A stretch of 64,000 nt of DNA from Hyaloraphidium curvatum SAG 235-1 (Eukaryota; Fungi; Monoblepharomycota), in NCBI GenBank assembly GCA_025558095.1, contig JAIVFI010000019.1:186001-250000 (forward strand), in the 5' to 3' direction. The notes under the pieces are model-generated. The model saw nothing but the letters and a program-made list of their open reading frames with translations. It had not been told where the DNA came from and made no database searches. The translations under genes were made by a program, and so were the position numbers. Position 1 is the first letter of the stretch, and every line of letters starts with the position of its first letter. This document shows, in pieces, positions 35,522 through 46,507 of this stretch.

Positions 35522-37849
35522 TCACTGCTTCCGGGCGACGTGGTGCACGTTGGCCTGGCACGACGGCAGGATCGTGCAGTCCCCGATCTGCACGTGCTCC
35601 GGCCGCGAGGCGGCAAAGACGACGAACTCGGCTGCAGGGATGATCAGCGCCTGCGCCTCTTCGGGGGCCCGATGGATCGACCCACCGACGTCCTTTGGCC
35701 GCAGCGGCGTGAAGCCCTGGTACCACTTGTCCTTGGCCGCCTCGTCCCCGAACCGCACGGCGATAAAGTCGCTGTCCGTCATCCCCGGCGAGATTTCCGT
35801 GACCCTGATCCCCGTGTCGAGCAGCTCCAGCGTGAGCGACTTGTTCAGGGCGTCGGCAAAGAACTTGGTCCCGCAGTAGATCCCGCCGCCCTTGTAGACG
35901 TCCTGGCCAGAGATGGAACCGATGTTGACGATGTGGCCCGCGTTCTTGGCGCGCATCCCGGGGATCACCGCCTGCGCGCACCACAGCATGCCCTTGACGT
36001 TGGTGTCGATCATGGCGTCCACCAGGTCCTCGGGGATGCTCTCGACCGGGTCGACGCCGACGGCGAGGCCGGCGTTGTTGACGAGCACGTCGACGGGGGA
36101 GAAGGGGGAGGGGAGGGAGGAGACGGCCGCGTCGACGGCGGCCTTGTTCCGGACGTCCAGCTCGACGGCGTGCACCTTGAGCCCGGGGTGCGCCGACTCG
36201 AGCTCCTTTCTGAGCGCTTCCAGCTTCTCCAGCCGGCGCGCGCACAGGATGAGGTTCGACCCCTTGGCCGCAAACTCTGTGCCGGCGGATCAGCGGCGTC
36301 GTGCGCCGAATGACGGGGGCACCCACCCTTCGCGCACGCCTCGCCGATCCCCGCGCTCGCTCCCGTGATCAAGACGTTCTTGCCCTTCAGGTCGAACGAA
36401 TCCTTCCTCCCCCGGGGATCCGCCGCCGCCGCCTTGCCCGCCTCCTTGGCCTTTGCCTCCCCGTTCGCCTTCCCCTTGCGCCCCGCCCCGTCCCACATCT
36501 CCCGCGGCACCACCCGCCTCCCGACCTCGGTCATCCCACTCTTCTCCACCGCGGGGTCGATGACGACCTTGATGCAGTCCACGGGGTCGCTCACGAGCTC
36601 CAGCGCCGCGACGTAGTTCTCCAGCGAGTAGGCGTGGGTCACGAGGTGGTCCATGGCGCCGGATTCGACGATATCGAAGGCGCGGTCCCAGCAGCCGTAG
36701 CCGAGGTTGGTGCCGATCACGGTGAGCTCCTTGCCGGCGCTTTTGAGGGGTGCGGGGTCAGCGGGATTGAGACGGGGGCCTGGCAGGAAGCCCACGAGAT
36801 GATGTTCCAGTCCGCGCTGCACTCGGGGTGCTTGCAGATCCCGACGTGGACAAAGGTGCCGCACTTGCGCACGAGCGACAGGCCCTGCGGGATCGACGCC
36901 GGGTTGCCGGTGCACTCAAAGTACACGTCCGGCCCGCCGCGGCCGTCGGTCACGACGTTGGCGACGATGTCGGCAAGGACGTCCTGCGTCGAGAGGCGGG
37001 AGAGGTCGTAGACGTGGTGGGCGCCCATCTTTTTCGCGACCTCGAGCTTGAAGCCCGACGGGTCGACGACGATCTGTGGGATGACAACACGAAAAGCTGC
37101 GGGATCAGCGCTCATCGCCTTCCCGAGTCCGCCGCGACCCACGATGGTGATGGAAGGCAGGTACATCCTGATCGCCGCCACGACGCCCAGCCCGATCGGC
37201 CCCGCCCCGGCAATCAGCACCGTCATCCCGTCCTCCAGCTTTGCCCTGTCCATGGCGTGCACCGACACGGCCACGGGCTCCACCAGCACCCCCCTGTACG
37301 GCGGCATCCCGTCCGGGCACTTGTACACGTACGAGCCCTTGCGGTAGACCATGAAATCCGCGCACGCGCCGTCCAGCGCCTGCCCGTAGATCCTGAGCTT
37401 GTCGCACTTGTTGGGCAGCTCGTGCCTGCAGAACCAGCATTCGTGGCACGCGTAGATCTGTTCGCACACCACGGGGTCGCCGATCTTCAGGCCGAATGCC
37501 TCGGCGGCGCCCTCGCCGAGGGCCGCGACGTCGCCGACGAACTCGTGGCCGGGGATCACTGGCGGCTTTGCCCGTCCTGTCTTGGGGTCTGGGAGACGGA
37601 ACGGGTTCATTCGCCGCCCCTGTCGACCGGCGGCCCGAGCCCGCCGCCATTGGACGGCCACGCACCCCAGTAGAACGGCCCGCCGAGGTACATCTTGACG
37701 TCGGACGCGCAGATGCCGACGGCGGTGACCCTGACGAGCACCTCCATCGGGCCGGGCTGCGGGACGGGCACCCGCTCGACCTTGTAGTCGAGCGCCGCGC
37801 GGGCGACGACCGCGCGCATCGTGGCGTCGGCAGGCGGGTCGGAGGGCAT
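35522..37849 (-). CDS. Fusion of a Zn-dependent polyol dehydrogenase (erythritol/threitol DH-like MDR) and a YdfG-like NADP SDR, multi-exon
   Basis: MDR: GICASD, PGHEFVG, CHECWFC..C, GAGPIG, KVVIDP. In-frame linker. SDR: ITGASAGIG, VNNAGL, NIGSIS, YCGTK, ISPGM. Confidence 0.85.
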
Positions 37850-37982
37850 ACTGGGCGGGGAGCGGGGCGGAGTGTGGGGTGCCGGCCGCGTGGGACGCGG
37901 CCGCTGTTTATGCGCGCGGCGATCGCGAGGGTCCACGCTCCGCCCTCGCCATTGGCACCGCGCCTATTCGCCCCATTCCAGG

Positions 37983-38625
37983 ATGACGGTCATTCATACC
38001 GGTACCTTCTCTCCGCGGCCCCGGCGTCGTGCCGCGAACCCTGACGGCTCCGCCGCGAAAGTCTTCTTGCGGGTCAAGCCCGACTCGACCCCGGAGGCCG
38101 TTGCCGCTTTCCAGGCCGGCCTGAAGGGCATGGTCGGCAAGGTACCTTCACTCTGCGCGTCGAAGATGGATTTTTGAACGGTCCGCGGTGCAGGTGCCCG
38201 GTATCACGCGGCTAGAGGTCGGCCCGACCTTTACAACGTCGCAGGCAGCGGGTTTTACGCACAGTGGGTTCCTCTTTCTCGCGTTTCGGCTCGTTCTGAC
38301 CTCGATTCAGTGATAGGTCAGCCCTCGTCCCGCGATGCCCTCCCCCGGCCGCCCCGGACACCCTTGACGGGCCGAACCCCACTCCAGTGATCGAGTTCGC
38401 CTCCAAAGAAGATTTGGAAGCTTTCCGCCCGCATCCTGACCGTGGGTTTGCCGCTCCACCTTGCGTTTTCCGGGTTGCTGACGTCTCCGGGGCCGGAAGA
38501 CGTGCACGTGCGGGACAATCTCATCGGACCGGTGGCCGCCGGTGGGTTTTGTCGTCGGCGGACGGGGGCCGCAGCTCATCTGCATTGCGGTGGCAGAGAA
38601 GGTGGTTCTGGACATCGAGGTCTGA
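37983..38625 (+). CDS. Stress-responsive A/B barrel (Dabb) protein, multi-exon
   Basis: IHTVFLRVKP, VPGITRLEVG, GFTH, EFASKEDLEAFRPHPDH. Confidence 0.8.
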
Positions 38626-38914
38626 GGGTGCAGGGGCAAGCGGCGGAGGGCGCGCGGAGCCGGGCCGACATGGGTGCCGGATCGGCCGTTGCTTCGCACG
38701 GGAGTGGACAGGGCAGGGGACGGTGGCCTATCTGCTGCATGGAAAGACAAAGGAGGGCAGCCAGCGCCCCGTTTACTGAAGGAGTCACAACAAAAATAGT
38801 CGATCTAGCTCTCTCTCACTCTGCTTCGCTCTGGAGTCCTAGTGTCCCTTGTCCGAGTCTGTCCAATCGCTCTCCGTACTCCAACACATCAGCAGTGGAT
38901 CCCGGCCCTGCGCA

Positions 38915-39466
38915 CTAGAATGCCTCGACGAGCATGTTGGCCACGTCGTCCGACACGAGCACCCGCACGTCCTCCCGCTCCGCGGGCATAAAGATGCTCG
39001 ACACGACCGCCTCAATCCCCCTTCCCTCGTCGGACGCATCGAACGCCGCATCGGTGTCCGAGTCGGACTGCGATCCGGCGTCGATGAAGCCCGAGTCGTG
39101 GTGCGACCGCTTGAGCGTCAGCATGACCGCGGCGACCTCCTCCTCCGCGGGCAGCTCGGGCTGCGCATCGGCGGTGGAGGGATCTTCGGGCAGGTACAGG
39201 CCGAAGAGAGAGTCGGCGAGGGCCGAGGGGAGCGCGTCGGGGGGGACTTCGGCGTTGACGGGCGCCGGGGAGGGCGTGGCGAGGGGGACCACCACGATCG
39301 GGGCCAAGGCGGGTGCGGGAACGTCCGCGGGAGGCGCCGGTGCACGGCGACGGCTCAGAGACCGCGGCAGCGAAAATCCGGGCGGTGCCGGCGAAGCGGC
39401 CGGTGCGGCCGTGCGGCCGAACAGCGCGGCGAAGAAGCGCGAAACTGCGGCGCCGAGTGACGGCAT
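38915..39466 (-). CDS. Hypothetical Pro-rich/acidic protein
   Basis: Plausible ATG context and codon bias; no family recognised. Confidence 0.45.
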   Translation of the reverse strand: MPSLGAAVSRFFAALFGRTAAPAASPAPPGFSLPRSLSRRRAPAPPADVPAPALAPIVVVPLATPSPAPVNAEVPPDALPSALADSLFGLYLPEDPSTADAQPELPAEEEVAAVMLTLKRSHHDSGFIDAGSQSDSDTDAAFDASDEGRGIEAVVSSIFMPAEREDVRVLVSDDVANMLVEAF

Positions 39467-40150
39467 GGCGACGTGGGGAGGCGGCGTAGGCGGCGTGCTG
39501 ATGGTCAAGACAAAGACAAAAGCAGGCGGGCGGTGTCGCTGGGAGGGACTTTGGCGGCATCCATCCGCGCCGCGAACGCACCAGCCGGTCGGCCGGTCGG
39601 GCGGCACAGCCAGTGCCCACGACCAGAAGCGGCAGGGACAGCTCAAAACCGCCCGAACCCCGGCAAGCCCGGCCGGACCATCACTGTCGTCCGTGCCAGA
39701 ACCGTCTCCGCACCGTCCGCCCCCGAAACGCCCACTTGTTTGGCCATCGGCCGCTCCGAGCGGCCGCATTTGCCGCCCAGGCTGGACAACCCAAGGTTCT
39801 CGACCGATCCGCATTATCGTGACATCGTGAGTCGCGCCCCGGGAATGTCTTGCTGGTCGCAACATTGTCCGGACACGAATTTGCAGCGGGGGATACGGGC
39901 CCATGACGGACAACTCGGCGGAGGGCGGTGGCGTCCGGCGGCCATTCACAATTAGTCGGTGAGGGACCCTCAATGCGACTCAGGCTTCAGCGCCACGCAC
40001 TGCTGATGCCCGGTATCGAATCTATGCATACATAGCGAGCACGCTGGCCGCCCACCTCCCGCCCAACTGTGCTTTACGACCTCCACCAATAGGAAGCCCC
40101 CCTTTCCCGGCACAGCCCCGAACCACAGCCAGCCCCTCCAGCTTCGAACT

Positions 40151-41665
40151 CTAAGCTGCCCGCGCCAAGTAGGCCGCCGCAACCGCCGCTGCACCCAGCA
40201 CGGCCCACCTCGTCGCGTGCCCCCTGGCATCCACCGGCCAAATGACATCCCTGATCCCGGAATCAGCGCGAATCGACCGATCCGCGCGGCGAATCACCCA
40301 CCAGAACGGCCGCGTCAGGGTGCCCGTGGACGGCTCGAACAGCGCCGCGCGGAACATGAACCCGCCGGCGGCCCCCGGCTTCATCGCGGGGTCGGGGTCC
40401 TGGCCGTCCGCCATGCGCTGGATCTGCAGCGTGTGCCTTCGCGGGCGGATGATCGGGTCAGCAAATGGCGGGGGCAAACGGTGCTCGGCACACCAGTAGC
40501 TCTCGAAGCTGCGCTCGGTGCCTTGCACGGCGTTCCAGTCGATCGGGGGCGGCGGGGCTGCGCTGCCCGCGGAGGAGATCAGAAGCTTGGGGAGCTCCGG
40601 GTGGAGGCACAGCGGGCGGGCCAGGCCAATGAGATCGCAGGCGCCCGAGGCGATGGCTTCGTCCATCGCAGCGCGCGTCCTGAACCCGCCCGTGACCATT
40701 AGCGGGATCTTGACCGCCTTCCTTGCCTTTTCGGCAAACTCGAGGAAGTACGCCTCCCGCTTCTTGGTCGACTCGCGGACGTTGATCCCGACCATCGCAG
40801 GGCTCTCGTATGATCCACCCGACACCTCGACGAAGTCCGCCCCTTCTTCCTCGAGCATCTTCAGCACCTCAATGTTGTCCTCCTCAGTAGACCCGCCTCG
40901 CTGAAAATCGGCTGAATTGAGCTTGCAGGACACACAGAATGAGGGGCCGCAGGCGGCGCGGATGCCGCGGACGATCTCGCGGAGGAGGCGCATCCGATTC
41001 TCGAGCGAGCCGCCGTACTGGTCGCTGCGGCCGACGTTGACCTTGGGATTCAGGAACTCGGAGATGAGGTACCCGTGGGCTTAAACTGGGGGTTAGAGCT
41101 CTGCCGTGTGATAGAAGTCATCGTTTACCCCACCGGCGTGGACCTGGATCCCGTCGAATCCGGCCTCCTTGGCCAGCTTTGCCGTCGTCACGAACCTCTC
41201 CTTGACCTCCAGCACCTCCTCGGTAGTCATGGCAACGGGCTTCGCCAGCAGCCATTTCGGAATCTCCGGCGGCATCTCCAGCCCAACGTCGCTGGGCGCT
41301 TTGGGCCTCGGGTTGACCGCCACCGGCGTCTGCCTCCCCGCGTGGCTAATCTGCATCACGGCCCGGCACCCGTCCTCCTTGCAGGCGCGCGCGTAGTCGG
41401 CGTAGAGCTCCAGATTCGCGGCGTCCGCGGCCTCGAGGGCCACGTTTCGCGGCGCCTCCATGTGCCGCCTGTCCACGGGCACGTTGCCCGTGATGAGCAT
41501 CCCGGCGCCGCCGCGGGCCCAGCGCGAGTAGACGCGGAAGACGCGCGCGTTCGGCAGGTTGGTGCGCGCGTCGGCGAGGGACTCGGTCATGGGTGCCTTC
41601 GCGAGGCGGTTCTTGACGGCGAGCCCGCAGGGGAGGACGAACGGCGTGGAGATGTCGTCGGGCAT
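40151..41665 (-). CDS. NADH:flavin oxidoreductase (Old Yellow Enzyme family), multi-exon
   Basis: NRLAKAPMTE, QISHAGRQ, AGFDGIQVHA(intron)HGYLISEFLNP, YGGSLENR, KLNSADFQRGG, GLARP. Confidence 0.93.
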
Positions 41666-42371
41666 GGCGGCGACGGCTAAGGGAGGTCCCCGAATCGCCA
41701 AGGGAGGTCCAAAAGGGCAATGGAGTCCGGGAAACGCTCGGCAGAAATCGGTCGCGCCGCCGATTTGGTGAACGGCGGGGCGGGAAAAATGCCCGCAAGG
41801 TGGCCGGGCGCAGCAAAGGGCGGTCGCCCATCACCCAACGGCCGTCGCCGCGCATGGGCAATAATCCACCCTTCCTCACGATGGTGCATCACAAGCAGAG
41901 CATGTGCGATCACCTCAGCATTAAACTCTAGCTGCGTGTTCGAATTGATCGACCAAATGGGCAGCCTACAGTACCACCTTTCCATGTGATCGATCGTAGT
42001 ACCGCCTTTCGGAATCGCCTCGGAAAACATCTCGGATGCATCGAATAGGGAATCGCGATTGTAAACAGGGATGACTAAATGCGAGGCACCGATCGGCGGA
42101 GTTTCGGCGACCTCATTCTGGCACTTGCCGCCCGACTCCGAAATATCTCCCGCCAGCGTACTTCTCGACCGACCTTCGTGGCCGAGTAGACTAGTGATGG
42201 GCGCCTCTCCTGGGCGACGCAATTTTGTCTCCCTCCAGAGTATTGATCCCCGTGGCCGTGGGGACGAACAGTTTTCCCGCTCCCCCGCCGCAGCCAATTC
42301 TTGGAAGGTTCCTCGGAATCGTCCTTCGCCGGCGAAACACCGGCCTCCGACTACCTTTCGCGTACATCTAA

Positions 42372-44144
42372 ATGGAGCCATTGTTTGACCCCGCCTATGC
42401 CGCCGGCGAGATGTCGCCCGTGGCGATGTCCGTTGGCTCCTCGTGGCTCGACGAGCTCCGGCGTTGGCCCCCCGAGAAGTTCCGCATCCTGTCGCTCGAC
42501 GGCGGCGGCGTGTGGTCGCTCCTCGAGTTCCACGCGCTGAAGGAGACTTTTGGCGGCCATGCTCGGGGGCACGACGTGCTCAATTCGTTTGACTTGGTGG
42601 TTTGCACTTCGGGCGGGGGACTCGTGGTCGGTGCGCTGTTGTCGGACTGCACACTCGAGCAGGCCATCAGGTTGGAGTTCACCAAGAAGGCCAGGGCAAA
42701 TCTCTTCAAGGAGAGCAAGATTCGGACCGTTGCCGCGGGGATTCCGCGGTGGAGCGCGGACGAGAAGGGAAAGGGGTTTGTCGACCAGTACGACTCGGTT
42801 GCGGCCGCACTTCGGGAAGACGCGGAATTGTTTCGCGAATCCGAGGGCCCGGATTCAGAGTCTGCGAAACGGGCAGAGGAGGCTGCGAAACGGGCAGAGG
42901 AGCTCAGATTCATGGAGATGCGCAGGATCCCGGTCTGGATGCGCCAGTCGCCGCAGTCGCCGCTGCGACGCCACAGGACCCATTTCCTGATCACGGCGTT
43001 TGACTACGTGCGCAAAACAACCGCCTACTTCCGCTCTTATGGCGACGAAAGTGCTCCCTACGGCACCCCTGAGCTTGTCGACGTCACGCTCCCCGAAGCC
43101 ATGCATGCGAGCTCCAACGCCCCGGTCAAGTACTTCGACGGCCCAGCCGTAATCTCTCGCAAGGACAAGAGCGGCAAGGACGACAACGGCAAGGTCAACA
43201 CGTACGAGTTCTGGGATGGAGGGATAGCTGGCCTGAGCAACCCCGCGGAGGCGGCGGTGGTCGAGGCGCTTTCGGCCGGCATCCGGCCCGAGGATATTCA
43301 GTTGCTCAGTCTCGGTACGGGGACAGTGAGGCTGCCGGATCGGAACGACCTGGCTTTTCAGTACAAGAACGCGGATGTGTCCCCAGAGAACAAAGAGTTG
43401 GCGACGCAACAGACCGTTTCAGCGACCAGATCGCATTCGTGGAGCAACTTGGTTTCCAAGCCCCTACATTGGGCCTTGCCTCGGCTCATGGGGCTCCTTG
43501 CTGACGTGGACGTGCTCGCCGAATCCATCATGGATTCGCCGCCCGGGGCGACTCTCATGAACGCCCTCGTCATGATACATCCCCAGGGCCTCGGCATGCT
43601 GGCGCCTACGGACTGCCAGGATCCGGAGCTGCTGGAGGCCGTGCGGTTCGTGAGAATGTCGCCGTTCGTGGCCGAGGTTGCGTACGGAAAGGACAACTTG
43701 CCGGTCGTTGGTTCCAACCGCGTCGCGCCAGAGAACGTGGTAACCATCAAGACCCACGCACCCGACCCGAAGCACGCGCCGGACAACCCGGCGGATGTTG
43801 AGATGAACTGTTCGGGCTTTGAGTTCGTCGCCGGATTGGACATGGACACCGACGGGACCGGCATCGAGTACCTTGAGAAGCTCGCTCATGCCTGGGTCAA
43901 TGGCGGGACAGGGCAAGGCCAGTTTCTCCTGCGAAACCAACACGTAGTCAAGGGCCTCATAGGCGAGAGCTGGTTTGTTTTGGCGAGGGATCATTGGCAT
44001 CTGCTCCATCCCGAAGCGAAGAAGATGTTCGATGCGGCGCCGAAGATCAACATCGCAGGTAAAAGGGGAACGAAGAGGCCGGGGGAATGGACCGAGGGAA
44101 ATGGAGAGGATGGGAGGAAAAAGACCGGGAACCTGGAGCTATGA
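42372..44144 (+). CDS. Patatin-like phospholipase, intronless, bacterial-type
   Basis: ILSLDGGG, nucleophile CTSGG, ASSNAP..YF, WDGG..NP, LSLGTG. Confidence 0.88.
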   Translation: MEPLFDPAYAAGEMSPVAMSVGSSWLDELRRWPPEKFRILSLDGGGVWSLLEFHALKETFGGHARGHDVLNSFDLVVCTSGGGLVVGALLSDCTLEQAIRLEFTKKARANLFKESKIRTVAAGIPRWSADEKGKGFVDQYDSVAAALREDAELFRESEGPDSESAKRAEEAAKRAEELRFMEMRRIPVWMRQSPQSPLRRHRTHFLITAFDYVRKTTAYFRSYGDESAPYGTPELVDVTLPEAMHASSNAPVKYFDGPAVISRKDKSGKDDNGKVNTYEFWDGGIAGLSNPAEAAVVEALSAGIRPEDIQLLSLGTGTVRLPDRNDLAFQYKNADVSPENKELATQQTVSATRSHSWSNLVSKPLHWALPRLMGLLADVDVLAESIMDSPPGATLMNALVMIHPQGLGMLAPTDCQDPELLEAVRFVRMSPFVAEVAYGKDNLPVVGSNRVAPENVVTIKTHAPDPKHAPDNPADVEMNCSGFEFVAGLDMDTDGTGIEYLEKLAHAWVNGGTGQGQFLLRNQHVVKGLIGESWFVLARDHWHLLHPEAKKMFDAAPKINIAGKRGTKRPGEWTEGNGEDGRKKTGNLEL

Positions 44145-44424
44145 ATTGTACTTACGTTTCTTGGAGAAGCATCGCCGGCCTCGGGTGTCGTTAGCAGCCT
44201 TGGCGCAGAGCAGAAGGACTTGCCACATCCCGATCCTGTCTCTTGTCTGTAGCACTTCGAGTGCGGGCAAAGCGGTGGACCTAATCTGTAGATATGAAGG
44301 ATCATTGTGTTTAGCCATAGCGAAAGACTGATCGAGGAAGAAGGATCGATCGATTGTCGGATGAATGGAGGCGGGGGCGGGGTGGGGCGACGACAACACA
44401 GAGTCTCCACAACATCAGGCCGCG

Positions 44425-44910
44425 ATGCCCGGCGTGATCCTCTCCGTCCGCTTCACGAGCGGTCTCTCGGATGACGAAGGCGCGCTGCTACCGCTGCCTC
44501 CTCGGATTCGGGCGTTTGACGCGTTCTGGCGCGCAGTCCGAAAGACCATGGCTGCCCGAGCTCCGGAGTTTCGCAGAGTCCCCGGACTGCTTCAGAAGTT
44601 CTGTACGTGTTGTCGCACTCCTTTGCCCTACGCCGCATCACTCGAATTTCGCTTGCGGTCACCGGGAAGACGGAAAGGACGCGAGCGACGCCAATTCGTA
44701 CACCGGGATCTACATCTTCGCGAGCGAGGCCGATTGCGACGCGTACCGGCAGTCCGATCTGGCCAAGTCGATTCCTACGGCGTGCGTATGTTGCCCCGGA
44801 ACGATTCCGATGCTCATTTGCCGACCGACAGCTACAAGGCCGTGGTGACATCGATGCGGCGCGAGGTCTACGAAGTCATCGCGCCGCTCTTTCCGATGGA
44901 AGGTCTATAG
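44425..44910 (+). CDS. YdhR-like putative monooxygenase (dimeric alpha/beta barrel), 4 exons
   Basis: RAPEFRRVPGLLQKF, YTGIYIFAS....AYRQSDLAKSI; first intron is GC-AG (44480-44536). Confidence 0.75.
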   Translation: MPGVILSVRFTSGLSDDEGALLPLPPRIRAFDAFWRAVRKTMAARAPEFRRVPGLLQKFCTCCRTPLPYAASLEFRLRSPGRRKGRERRQFVHRDLHLRERGRLRRVPAVRSGQVDSYGVRMLPRNDSDAHLPTDSYKAVVTSMRREVYEVIAPLFPMEGL

Positions 44911-45014
44911 AATCCAATTAGGCAGCTGCCTTGTACATCATGCTCAGAGCAAGGTGGAAGAAGCGTGTGCGAGTCATTTCCAATTGCCGTCCTTTGTTGT
45001 TCGCGTTGGATCCC

Positions 45015-46229
45015 TCACTCCTCAAAGGCGAAGCCGCGCCACCGCCCGCCATCTCCTTCCGAGTCCCGAGCTCCCGAAATCCCGCCGAGGGCATCCCTCA
45101 GGTTCTCGTAGACCAAAAAAGTAATCACGGTCTGCGTCGTGCTCCTAAGCAGAGTGGCCGCACCGCCCTTCCAGAAGCCAGTCAGCCCCTCCTTGGCCAG
45201 CGTGTGCCGGAGCACAGAGAGCGTCGAGCGTCCCGCGGACTGCACCCGGGTCAAGACGAGGTCCAACGGCGTCATGATGAACGAGGTTGTGACGCCCGAC
45301 GCGACGGCGGCGACAAAGGTCGTCGCAACCCCAGGTGCCTCGCTGGTCGACGCGATGGACCGCTTCGCGGCATCGTAGAAGGCCAGCTGCATGGCCGACC
45401 CGAGGCCCATGCGCAAGGCGGAAATGCGGGCGCCCGTGTAGAGTCCGGCCGCGCCCTGCCGTGCAAGGATTTGGGAGAGGTTTACGAGCACCGAGCGAGG
45501 CGGCGCGGTCGAAGCGGCAGCTTGGGGTGCGAGGTGCAGCACGTGGGAAGCGGGTGCCGTGTGGTAGAACTGCGCCGAAAACGAGTAGTGGGGGGTCCCG
45601 CTCGAGGCTGGGAGATAAACAGGGTATCGAGACGACACGGCATGGGTTTGGGTGGGGATCCAAGCCTGCTGCCGATTCTTGACCAGCGTGAATGGGCTCG
45701 CTACCAACGCGCCAGCGATGCCAGTGCCGAACCCTGCGAGCAGGGAGCACGCTAGACCCGTCGGCCCGCCCAAGGCCCCAGGCGCCAGGCTCGAGAGCCC
45801 CTCCCGAGCAGCGTCAAACATTCCGATCCTGATTCCGTTCAGCAGGATGTTGTGCGCGTAAGCAGCCGGCATCCCGGAGTAAAGATCCGCGACACCCCGG
45901 GTTGCCAGCATGTACCGGATCGCACGAAGGGGATGAGCATAGATTGCCGCGGCCGTAGCGGAGCCGTTTGCCGCCATGGCGCCCTGCCGGCGCGCTCGAA
46001 CGACGTCGAACGGGTTGCTGAACGTCGCGGCGGCGCAGGTCGACAAACTGCCTGCCAGGAGCTTGGCCGACAGCGGCGCCTCGGACCGGGGCACTGTTGC
46101 CATCGGCGGCGGAGGGCCGACGGCGGCAACCGCGTCCGACGCGTCCGATCCGATGGGCGCCTGAAGCGACTGTCGCGCGGCCGCATCGCACGCCAGACAG
46201 CATGGCAGCTCCTCCGCCGGCCCCGGCAT
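45015..46229 (-). CDS. Mitochondrial carrier, OAC1/SLC25A34-35-like
   Basis: Three P-x-D/T-x-x-K/R signatures (NPFDVVRAR, SPFTLVKNR, TPLDLVLTR); LNGIRIG; GSAMQL. Confidence 0.85.
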   Translation of the reverse strand: MPGPAEELPCCLACDAAARQSLQAPIGSDASDAVAAVGPPPPMATVPRSEAPLSAKLLAGSLSTCAAATFSNPFDVVRARRQGAMAANGSATAAAIYAHPLRAIRYMLATRGVADLYSGMPAAYAHNILLNGIRIGMFDAAREGLSSLAPGALGGPTGLACSLLAGFGTGIAGALVASPFTLVKNRQQAWIPTQTHAVSSRYPVYLPASSGTPHYSFSAQFYHTAPASHVLHLAPQAAASTAPPRSVLVNLSQILARQGAAGLYTGARISALRMGLGSAMQLAFYDAAKRSIASTSEAPGVATTFVAAVASGVTTSFIMTPLDLVLTRVQSAGRSTLSVLRHTLAKEGLTGFWKGGAATLLRSTTQTVITFLVYENLRDALGGISGARDSEGDGGRWRGFAFEE

Positions 46230-46507
46230 CGCCATTGCGACCCTGCTGCCGCGCAATCGTCGGCCAGCAGAGGGCGCTGCGGTCCGCGAGCCGGGTGGAG
46301 GGCGCGAGAGCTTCACGTGCCGAATGGGCCGACCAACAACGCAAGGATTGCCCGCTTGATCAATTCACGCGTCCCGAATCCCTCTGTAGGTTTTCTCGAC
46401 TGAAAATCAACTTTATGTCCAGAGACATTTGGTCGCCTCTTATAGCTTGAGAGCAATCCGCCAGAGCGATCCGACGCAGCCGATACAGAGACCTGCTGGA
46501 ACCGCCC

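Noticed and set aside
41880-42370. AT-richer stretch with a protein-like ORF on the - strand upstream of the patatin
   Set aside because: No family recognised; may be promoter or decayed sequence.
42372-44144. CBASS CapV effector
   Set aside because: No CD-NTase nearby, eukaryotic context, and motifs differ from CapV.
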